DNA from: an uncultured Methanosarcinales archaeon
GTDB taxonomy: Archaea; Nanobdellota; Nanobdellia; Woesearchaeales; UBA10216
Direction of reading: 5' to 3'
Length of the DNA stretch: 56,163 nt
Assembly (NCBI GenBank): GCA_964504135.1
Contig: CAZDCW010000001.1
Location: 90,667 to 146,829, forward strand
The position numbers were made by a program, and so were the translations under genes. Below, in pieces: positions 1-9,000 of this stretch (position 1 is its first letter; each line of letters begins with the position of its first letter). The notes beneath the pieces are model-generated. The model was given only the letters and a program-made list of their open reading frames with translations, had not been told where the DNA came from and searched no databases.

Positions 1-1
1 G

Positions 2-787
2 ACAACCATAGTGCGGACAATTGCAAGGCTGATGGACCTTAAGTTCAGCAGGATTCAGAACACCCCTGACCTTATGCCTTCTGACGTGATTGGCACTTAC
101 GTTATTGAGGAGAACAATGGCAAGAGGGAGTTCCGCTTCCACCCCGGCCCGATTTTCGCCAATGTTGTGCTCGCTGATGAGATTAACAGGGCAACGCCAA
201 AGACCCAGTCAGCGATGCTGGAGGCTATGCAGGAAAAGCAGGTAACTGTTGGAAACTCCACGTTTAAGCTTGATGAGCCTTTCTTTGTATTGGCCACACA
301 AAACCCAATCGAACAGGAAGGCGTCTACCCTCTTCCAGAAGCCCAGGCGGACAGGTTCCTGTTGAAAATAAGGGTTTCCTATCCGACTTATCAGGAGGAG
401 ATGGAGATAGTTAACAGATACGGCGCTGAGCTTAAGGACCGCCGTGTTAAGGTCGTTCTTGACAAGTCCCAGCTTGTAGCCCTTCAGGAGCTGACAAGGC
501 AGGTTCCCATAGCTTCAGATTTGAAGGAGCGTGTTGTCAAGCTCATTTCCAAGACAAGGGGCTCGGAGCTTCTCGCCTACGGCGCATCCCCCAGAGCTAC
601 AATTGGCTTGATTCTGGCCGCTAAGGCCCGCGCACTGATTGACGGCCGCAACCATGTCTCATCTGAGGATATCCAGAAGATGGCCTTTCCGATTCTCCGC
701 CACAGGATTATCCTCAACTTCGAGGCAGAGCGCAAGGGCATGACAGCTGATGACGCAATCACCCAACTGCTCGAGAAGGTGAAGTAA
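2..787 (+). CDS. MoxR-like AAA+ ATPase (5' end cut by window edge)
   Basis: Frame is open from the window edge. Translation shows MoxR/AAA_3 hallmarks: VVLADEINRATPKTQSAMLEAMQEKQVTV, FFVLATQNPIEQEGVYPLPEAQADRFLLK, and YGASPRATIGL in the lid region. Confidence 0.9.
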   Translation, partial: TTIVRTIARLMDLKFSRIQNTPDLMPSDVIGTYVIEENNGKREFRFHPGPIFANVVLADEINRATPKTQSAMLEAMQEKQVTVGNSTFKLDEPFFVLATQNPIEQEGVYPLPEAQADRFLLKIRVSYPTYQEEMEIVNRYGAELKDRRVKVVLDKSQLVALQELTRQVPIASDLKERVVKLISKTRGSELLAYGASPRATIGLILAAKARALIDGRNHVSSEDIQKMAFPILRHRIILNFEAERKGMTADDAITQLLEKVK

Positions 788-867
788 AAGTGAACCTTGG
801 TGAATCCGACAACAAGCCAAAGTCTGGCAAAAAGAAGCTTGATGGGTAAAAAAGAAGGGGTGGGCGA

Positions 868-1473
868 GTGGTAACTAAATCATCGGTATTGTTACTCCTG
901 ATTATCGGACTGATTTTATTTATTGGATGTAACATCCAAACAAAAGGAGATGCCAATTCTATTTCAGGAAAGGTCATCCCAGAACAAGCGGGGATAAGAG
1001 TTCAGGCAATACAGAATTTATCACTAATTAATGAAACTTTGACGGATGAAAAAGGAAATTTTAAAATTGCTGGATTGAAAAAAGGGAATTACAGTCTATT
1101 GTTTAAATCAGATCATGAAGTTTACGTTTACAATAATAGGCAAAGAGAAACCGATATAAAAGATACGTTGAGCTCTAGTTCTTCAAATATTTTAATAGAC
1201 TTAAACAGAAGTTTGCCACTCATGTTTAAAGGGCTAATACTCGTCACATTTAAACCAAACATTTCTGATGAAGAAGTAAATGAAACTATAGATTCTTGCC
1301 AATGCAGATTAGCTGCAAAAGATTTGATTTTTGGGAAAAAAATCTATACGTTAGCTACCCCTCCAGATAAGACGGAATTTGAAATAGTAAGAGAACTTAG
1401 AAAAAATGAAAAAATAGAATCAGCGGACATAGACTTTATGACTTTTGCTGGAGACTATGGTACTAAGTACTAA
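868..1473 (+). CDS. putative lipoprotein with a carboxypeptidase-regulatory-like domain and a C-terminal subtilisin-prodomain (I9)-like domain
   Basis: GTG start preceded by GGGGTG. N-terminus MVTKSSVLLLLIIGLILFIGC has a lipobox-like Cys. GKVIP..TDEKGNFKIAGLKKGNYSLLF looks like a beta-sandwich motif. C-terminal LILVTFKPNISDEEV...EFEIVRELRKNEKIESADIDF resembles an S8 prodomain. Low-GC codon usage. Confidence 0.6.
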   Translation: MVTKSSVLLLLIIGLILFIGCNIQTKGDANSISGKVIPEQAGIRVQAIQNLSLINETLTDEKGNFKIAGLKKGNYSLLFKSDHEVYVYNNRQRETDIKDTLSSSSSNILIDLNRSLPLMFKGLILVTFKPNISDEEVNETIDSCQCRLAAKDLIFGKKIYTLATPPDKTEFEIVRELRKNEKIESADIDFMTFAGDYGTKY

Positions 1474-4400
1474 AACTAACAGAAAAGGGCAAATTTATCT
1501 TATTATAGCAATAGGCTTGTTTTCCATCATTTTTCAAGCAAATATTTCCTATTCAGTGACTGTAGGAGAAAACGAGCACTCTCATGAAAATAAAATTGAC
1601 TACCTGATAAGTGAAAAATTAAAAAGTCAAGAAAATGTTTATGCAACTGTTATATTAAAAGATGATAGCAATATAGCTTACGATAACGAACAATATGATC
1701 GAGAGTTAACCTATAAGAAAAGGTCTGCGCATTTTAATAAAAGTGAAGAAAAAGTGATTTCTATTCTTTCTAAATCCGAATTTAAATTGGATTATAAGTT
1801 TAAGTCCATGAATGCTTTTAGTGGTTACTTTTCTGAAGGAGCCATCTTGAAATTACAAAATAATCCTAACGTGTTATTTGTAGAAGCAAACAGAATTAAT
1901 AAACTAGGGCTTTCTGAAAGTGTAAAAAAAATTAATGTAGATCCTTATGTTTGGAACTTAGGTTTTACCGGTAATGGTTCCACCGTTTGTGTTTTAGATA
2001 CGGGTTTAGATTACACCCACCCTGATTTAGGAAACTGCACACGACCCCAATTTTTGGCGGGGAATTGTGTTAAAATTCCTGCCGGATATGATTTTTGTTC
2101 AAACAGTAATTGTACTTCAGAAGATAATGACCCAATGGACATCAACGGCCATGGCACCCTTGTTGGGGGAATAATTGGCTCAACAAATTCAACTTATAAA
2201 GGAGTCGCCCCTGATTCAAAACTTATAGCAATAAAAGTTTGTAGTGATGATGGTGGGTGCAGTACTATTGCAGAAGCAAAAGGAATTGACTGGTGCATAG
2301 ATAATTCAAGCTTATATGCCATTAAAGTTATATCAGAAAGTAATTATGATGGTTTAAATTACAATAGTTCAGAATGTCATTCTTTAGCGATTAATGCAAC
2401 CCAGGTTGAAACTGCTATTATTAATGCAAATAACAAAGGAATATTTTTTGATTCTATATCAGGAAATAACGGTTACACCAACGGTACATCTTGGCCGGGT
2501 TGTGCGAAAGGTGCTATTTCAGTTGGTGCAACAACAGATTCTGATAAGATTTGGGTAGAATCAAGTATCCGAGGTACAAGTAGATATTCTAATCTTGATT
2601 TATTGGCATATGGAGAAAACATTACTTCAACATCGGTTCATTGGTCAGAGGGGGAACCTTTCAGAACTTTTTCAGGGACCTCTTTCGCTGCTCCTCATGT
2701 TGCTGGAGCAGCTGCTTTGATGTTCCAGAAGGCTCAATTATTGAAGTATAACTTAACTCCTCAGGAAATTGAAGACACTTTGGCTAATACTGGAGTGCCC
2801 ATAGATGATAGACAATATAGCGGTTTTTATTATCCGAGGATAGATGTCTTGGCTGCGATTGGTAATTTAAGTGTTGTTGAGCTTGATTCTGACAGCAAAT
2901 TTGTTGACGGAAAGGTGTGGTGGGGTAGGACTTGGTCGCAGAGGTTTAATTTAAGAAATAGTACTGCTATCCTTGTTCAGTTAGAAGGTAAGAACCAGAA
3001 CGATATTCTTAATTTAAGTATTGTTGCGCCTAATGGCACTGAGTTGCCAGTAGGTACAAGCACGTTAGTTAATAAAATTGAAGTAAGAAGTACGCAAATA
3101 GGAGTCTGGAAGGTGAAGGTAAGTGGTCTTAAAACTACTCTTAATAATGAAGGAAATGTTTCAAAATTCGGTGTGGGTATTTATATTGCCGTTACACCTC
3201 CTGAAGATTCAGGAGATAAAACAGGAGGTATTAATTTTTCTAGGGCTGAATTGAGTTATATCTCAACCTGTAATCCTTCTAATGGTTTGGTGGCCGTTAT
3301 GAAAGGTGTCGAGGCTAATAGTTCTGCTGGTGATACAATCGTAAACATCACAAACGCTACTATTCAGGCTACTAATGCGTTTTTGACTGGTTTGGTTATT
3401 CCTAATGATAGAATATGGGTTACGATGGATACTGAGCCTATTCATAATGAGCCTTGGTTTAGAGGGGATGTGTCAAGGGTTGACCCAACTTTTGCGAGGA
3501 CTGAAGCTGCGAGGGTGATGTTTGATGCTGATGTGCAGTTGAAAATGGATACGCTTGGAGACAGTCAAAATATGATGCAGACTTTGATTTATGATTGGAT
3601 TGAGAATGTTTCGCATGATCCTGCGGTTGTTCCTTGGACTCATGTAAGAGCATGGATAAGTCCAGAATCAATTATGGCTAATGGTACTGATTGTAAGTTA
3701 TTTCTTACAAATGCTTCATTGAAGGTGCAGTCAGAAGTGATAAATGTTTGGTTAAAGGTTCCCGGTTATGATCAACAGCTTGAGGTGTTTAGGCAAAATC
3801 TGTCAAGCAGATGGTCTGACTTGGCTGAAGAAGCAGAAAGAAAAATTAACAATAATAGCGACCCATCATATGCTGAATTAAGACGAGTTTATTCATCAAT
3901 TGCCTTGGCGCAATGGTATAAAAAACAGAATAGGGATAAGTCCGTATTTAGCGACTTAATTGATACAAATAATATTACTGGTTTGGATATTGGTTTTAAT
4001 AGGTCCCATTATGAAAAACTAGCTGCTCAGCATATGTACACATTTTATTATGGCAATTATTATTATAGTGTTTATGGGGGAGTGGATATTACTAATGCCA
4101 CTACAAATTTAAATGGCAATATAAGTAATGCAACAAACAGCCAATTGAATGGTGCATTGATTAATTCTTACGTTAAGGAGGGGAGCAAATATTATTACAG
4201 TACCTTGGTTCAAGCTAGTAGGTCTAATTTAATGCCTTTAGCATTGGGTTTCAGTTCGCTTAATCCGACTCCTAATGAGACTGTTAATTTTAGTGTTGCT
4301 GTTGAGAATTCTGGAAAGCTTAATTCTTCTAATTTTACGGTTTATTTCTATCAGACGTTTACTTATCCTGATGGGTCTATGGTTAGGGAGCGAATTGGCG

Positions 4401-6082
4401 AAACCAATGTTTCTCCTTTAAGGACTGGTTCTATAATTTTAGTGAATAATTCTTGGAGGACTCCTGTTATTTTAGGTGATTATAATGTGACTGCTGTGAT
4501 TGATTATAAAAATGTAGTTGAAGAGTCTAATGAGCTTGATAATGAAATATCCGAGTCCGTCAGGGTTTATACGGATTATCCAGCAGCAACTATTCTTTCG
4601 CCTTCGGCTAATTCTAAGTCTTGTGGAACTACTACTTTTGTTGGTTCAGGGATAGATCCTCAGGATGGTGGCTTGAATGAAAGCAGGTTTAACTGGTCTT
4701 CAAGCAAGGATGGTTACCTTGGGAATGGCAGTTCTATTAGCATTAATTTATCCCTTGGAGTTCACTTGGTGAGTTTATCGGTTGTTGACAGTGAGGGTTT
4801 CACAGATAAGAGTAGCATTTCAGTCAATGTTGTTCTATGTAATAAGCCAATACCTTTGATTATTTCTCCATTGGGAAATAAAAGTTATGCTGAAGGGGAG
4901 AATATATACTTTGTTGGGATGGCTTCTGATGAGGAAGATGGTCAAGTTCCAAACTCTTCGCTTTCTTGGAATTCTAGTATTGACGGTGTTGTTGGAACTG
5001 GCTCATTTTTGTCCAACAGGACGCTATCTGTGGGTAATCAGACAATAACTTTGAAGGCTATTGATGAAACCGATCTGGTTGGCACTGCTGTTGTAAATAT
5101 CTCCATTAAAGAAGGAAAGCCTAACATTACGATAGCAAGCCCCATAAATAATCAGGTATTTATTCATAAGGCCTCGGTTAGTTTTAACAGCACGGCTTGG
5201 GATCCTCAGGATGGCGATATTTCATCTTCTTTAGTTTGGACTTCTAGCATCAAGGGCAATATCGGAGTTGGAAGGGCATTTAGCACTAACCTTTCAGTTG
5301 GCACGCATACAATCACGGCTACTATTGTGGATTCTCATGGTTTAAGTAATAGCAGTTCAGTGGTCATAAAGATTGAGCAGCCCCATTACCCGGACGTTTC
5401 GATTATATCTCCGAAGCACACTCAGGCATTTATTCATGGTAACAATATAACTTTCAAGGGTGCTTATAGTGATTTCGAAGACGCAGAAATTCCAAATAGT
5501 TCCCTTGTTTGGAATGCGAGCATAGATGGCGTTATTGGGAATGGTACTGAATTTGTTAAGTACAATTTTTCGATTGGAAATCACACCCTTTATTTTACTG
5601 TCAGTGACAGCGATGGAATGGTTACTTCTGCTAAAGTTAACATAACAATCAATCCTGCAATTCCCGCTCCATCAATCATTGTACCCGCTTATGGAGCAAT
5701 ATTTGCTCAATCAGCCCATATAGCATTTAATGGTTCAGTAACAGACTATGAGGATGGAATGTTGACTGGTAATTCCGTGAACTGGAGCTCTAATAAGAAC
5801 GGCTTTTTGGGTAATGGAACTTATCTTAACATTACTAATTTGTCGATTGGGACTCATTTGATAACGCTCAGCGCAAAGGACAATAACGGGTTAACTGGCT
5901 CAGCATCAATAAACATATTTGTGGTTGGCTTAAGTAAGAAACTGGTTAATCAATTTTCAGATGGTTCTAGTATAAAGAATATTACCTACTCTTATTCGGC
6001 AAATAAGTCCGAATATGTGTCTCTTCCAAAATCCGCTAATGTAACTTATGCTGCAATAAACATCAAGGGCCATTCACCATGA
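1457..6082 (+). CDS. secreted subtilisin-like (S8) serine protease with a long CARDB/Ig-like C-terminal extension
   Basis: Catalytic motifs occur in D-H-S order: VCVLDTGLD (Asp codon 1997-1999), NGHGTLVGG (His 2150-2152), SGTSFAAPHVAGAAAL (Ser 2681-2683). There is an N-terminal hydrophobic anchor KGQIYLIIAIGLFSIIF, the protein's own I9-like propeptide (...LQNNPNVLFVEANRINKL), a PPC/P-domain-like region, a CARDB-like domain (about 4225-4570) and five Ig-like repeats. ATG 1457 is preferred over TTG 1445. The stop overlaps the next start (ATGA at 6079). Confidence 0.9.
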   Translation: MVLSTKTNRKGQIYLIIAIGLFSIIFQANISYSVTVGENEHSHENKIDYLISEKLKSQENVYATVILKDDSNIAYDNEQYDRELTYKKRSAHFNKSEEKVISILSKSEFKLDYKFKSMNAFSGYFSEGAILKLQNNPNVLFVEANRINKLGLSESVKKINVDPYVWNLGFTGNGSTVCVLDTGLDYTHPDLGNCTRPQFLAGNCVKIPAGYDFCSNSNCTSEDNDPMDINGHGTLVGGIIGSTNSTYKGVAPDSKLIAIKVCSDDGGCSTIAEAKGIDWCIDNSSLYAIKVISESNYDGLNYNSSECHSLAINATQVETAIINANNKGIFFDSISGNNGYTNGTSWPGCAKGAISVGATTDSDKIWVESSIRGTSRYSNLDLLAYGENITSTSVHWSEGEPFRTFSGTSFAAPHVAGAAALMFQKAQLLKYNLTPQEIEDTLANTGVPIDDRQYSGFYYPRIDVLAAIGNLSVVELDSDSKFVDGKVWWGRTWSQRFNLRNSTAILVQLEGKNQNDILNLSIVAPNGTELPVGTSTLVNKIEVRSTQIGVWKVKVSGLKTTLNNEGNVSKFGVGIYIAVTPPEDSGDKTGGINFSRAELSYISTCNPSNGLVAVMKGVEANSSAGDTIVNITNATIQATNAFLTGLVIPNDRIWVTMDTEPIHNEPWFRGDVSRVDPTFARTEAARVMFDADVQLKMDTLGDSQNMMQTLIYDWIENVSHDPAVVPWTHVRAWISPESIMANGTDCKLFLTNASLKVQSEVINVWLKVPGYDQQLEVFRQNLSSRWSDLAEEAERKINNNSDPSYAELRRVYSSIALAQWYKKQNRDKSVFSDLIDTNNITGLDIGFNRSHYEKLAAQHMYTFYYGNYYYSVYGGVDITNATTNLNGNISNATNSQLNGALINSYVKEGSKYYYSTLVQASRSNLMPLALGFSSLNPTPNETVNFSVAVENSGKLNSSNFTVYFYQTFTYPDGSMVRERIGETNVSPLRTGSIILVNNSWRTPVILGDYNVTAVIDYKNVVEESNELDNEISESVRVYTDYPAATILSPSANSKSCGTTTFVGSGIDPQDGGLNESRFNWSSSKDGYLGNGSSISINLSLGVHLVSLSVVDSEGFTDKSSISVNVVLCNKPIPLIISPLGNKSYAEGENIYFVGMASDEEDGQVPNSSLSWNSSIDGVVGTGSFLSNRTLSVGNQTITLKAIDETDLVGTAVVNISIKEGKPNITIASPINNQVFIHKASVSFNSTAWDPQDGDISSSLVWTSSIKGNIGVGRAFSTNLSVGTHTITATIVDSHGLSNSSSVVIKIEQPHYPDVSIISPKHTQAFIHGNNITFKGAYSDFEDAEIPNSSLVWNASIDGVIGNGTEFVKYNFSIGNHTLYFTVSDSDGMVTSAKVNITINPAIPAPSIIVPAYGAIFAQSAHIAFNGSVTDYEDGMLTGNSVNWSSNKNGFLGNGTYLNITNLSIGTHLITLSAKDNNGLTGSASINIFVVGLSKKLVNQFSDGSSIKNITYSYSANKSEYVSLPKSANVTYAAINIKGHSP
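4576..5935 (+). repeat. five tandem ~90-aa Ig-like (PKD/HYR-like) coding repeats inside the S8 protease gene
   Basis: Repeat consensus is P..I.SP.....F.....I.F.G...D.EDG.....SL.W.SSIDG..G.G......LS.G.H.I.L...D..G......V.I.I. The five units start at ATILSPSA, PIPLIISP, PNITIASP, PDVSIISP and PAPSIIVP. Confidence 0.8.
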
Positions 6083-9000
6083 AAAAACAAATAATATTTG
6101 CATTAATAGTATTAGTATTTGCAGTAGCCGTTTTGGCTTTTAATGAGACAAATTCAGAAACTATTGATATTAACCCTTCTTCTAATGAAACTGTCTATTC
6201 GCCTCCAGTAGTATTCGATATTAATTTCACTGTGAATTCGACAATAAGCAATGAAACCCAAGCTACATCAAGTAATTTAATCATACTGACGAAGATTATA
6301 GAACTATTTGCTGATAAGGTCTCGGCAGTTAAGGGAGCTGTAATCAGAATAAGTGCCAAGCTTGTTGATGAGAATGAGAGCGCCTTGGCTTTAAAGCCTG
6401 TTTGGATCTATGCGAATGATACTTTGATAGGTGGAGAACAAACTGATGCAGAAGGATACATGTTTTTTGAGTGGAATACGTCTGAAACCATTCCTGGGCA
6501 ATACTTGATCAATGTAAGTTTCCCAGGACAAGTGAGGACATTACAGGAGACAATTATTTTACAGCCGAGCTACAATTTTAATGCAATTTCGATTGAACCA
6601 GAATCAGTAGTAAACAACATAGCTAATGAATCCGTTTCATCTATTGTTCAGGCAGAAAATGATTGGGCGGTCAATATTAATGGACCAAATAGCAAAGTTG
6701 GGAATTATCATTTGACTACGAAAGATACCGCTTGGACTATTTTGAATAATGACTACATTACGAAATACGTGGATTATGGGTTTGTTTATATTAACGATAC
6801 ATACTATCGTGTGGATTGGAAATGGAACGACCCATATGTAAAATTAATGTTAAATGATTGCATTCTTCTTGACGGCCAACAGCAGAAAAACTGTGTCAAA
6901 GATGTTTCAATTAGTAGTTTAACTGAAGGATTTGTTCCGCCTGGTATTGAAAAGCAGGATTTGAATGCCTATGCTAAAGAAATTGATTCGGAGTGTGGAT
7001 TATTGGGTCCGAGAGAAAAAAATTTCTGTAAAAATAACGCTGCGAAAAGGCATATTGTCAGTGTAAACTATGATTTGGACAGGTTTGTTTCTGATTATTT
7101 CCAAGGTAAAGGGGTCAACGACCTTAGGAGTTCTATTTCTTATTTGGCGGCAGAGGATGCGCCTAAGGAAGTAATTAGAGGTAATGCTGCCTTTATCGGA
7201 ACTGTAAACCCATTAAAAAAGGATAGCGGGAGATTTTATTTGGAGCTTAAGGATGGCTTTTATAATAGCAACGGATTAAGAGTAAAGTGGGGGCTAAACA
7301 GCGTTTTAGCCGAATTCAATAATAGCAAGATTGCTGAAAATCTTACATTTGCTGGCGACGGTAATATTTCCAGATATGGAAACATAACAAGGTTTATTGA
7401 AATGCCTAAAAATTCAAATGTTACTTCAGCTTTCTTGAACATCACAGGATATAAGGTTCCTGAGGGAACTTACACCGGAATATGGTTCAATATAACCAAC
7501 TACACATATTCTATTGGCAGCATAGTGTCTAATGGCACGCATTTATTCATAAGTGATAGAGCATATATGGGCATGGTGTACATGTATACGGCCAATTTGT
7601 CGAACCTAGGTCAAACAGGATTTGACGGAATATACTTTACTAAAAATGGCACTTTCTTTTGGAGAGTTGATGCTGGTGGGAACACTGCATACAGGCATTA
7701 TCTTAATGGTACTAGTACAGGAGTGTCTCATTCATTATCGGCAAATGGGATGGGCTATCCTACTCATATCACAACAAACACTACTAATTTTTGGGTAAAT
7801 GATTATTATGCTCCAGTATTTGATGCGATAATCCATAAATATGATATTTCCCTTTCTGATTTAAGTCAAAACATTACAATTGATGGTTCGATAGACGGGT
7901 GGCCAAATTCTGATTTCGCTCTAGGAGTCAATGGTATGGCTACCGATGGAACTTTTTTATGGATAATGGATGGGAACAATAGACGCATTTTCAAATATTA
8001 TGCTTCAAATGGCTCCTATCATAGCAATTGGAGCACTGCCTTAGATTTTTTAGATAATAACGGAATAGGAATCGACAGCAATTACATTTGGGTTGGCCAC
8101 TATAATGCCAACATTACTAAACATACCAGAAATAAGTTCCCCGACATTGTTTGGCTAGAGATAGGAACTCCAAATGGCGCTCATGAGTGGGATTATTCCG
8201 GTAATTTTAATGGGACTAATAAAACTTCAAACTTGGCATCGGCCCTTAATACAGCTTTGAATAATGGAAATTGTGATTGCACCGGGTGTTCATTGAATGG
8301 GAATAATTGTTCAATTCCTGTTCTATTCCATGCGGATACTCCTGGAATCTTAGAATATTCAAGTATAGTTGTGAATCATAATACTGCACCTTCATTTTTA
8401 GTTAATTCTACTGACGACTCAGACGCAATAAGTGCAACCGATAAGGGATTAAATGTTACTTTCTCTGCAAATATTAGTGATTTGGATAATGATGCGGTTA
8501 AGATTGTTTTTTGTGATTCTGCTGGTAGGTCGGGGCTTGGTTGTCTGTATCTTGAATACTGCAATATCGGTTTTGGTTTGCCTGGTTTCAAGTCTTGCCA
8601 ATACAATACTAGCGGCTTAGCGGGTATGGAATATAATTGGACTTCTTTTGCCTGTGATAACAATAGTGTCTGTACATCTGGCGTGAATGGCACATTTTAT
8701 ATTGCAAGGCCTAAGGATCCTGCTATGTTTGTGAATGGAAGCCAAGTTTGGAATTATTCTGGTCTGTTTGATGGTCCTCAAACGGTTGAGAATTTTGATG
8801 ATGAGTTGAGGACCGAGTTGTCTGGGTGCCAGGCGATCAACGGCTCCTGTAATGTTTCGTTTGTTTTCTATTCTAGTGAAAAAGGCAAGCTTGAGCTGTC
8901 GCTCATCAATATACAGTATGACCTATATGATACTGAGCCGCCAGTTATACACAACATTTCTGTTCAGCCTAAGCCTGTTTTTATAAATTCAACCATGAAT

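Noticed and set aside
6079-6082. Possibility that the S8 protease and the 2068-aa ORF are one gene split by a frameshift.
   Set aside because: The junction is a clean ATGA stop/start overlap, and the downstream ORF begins with its own signal peptide. They are treated as two coupled genes.
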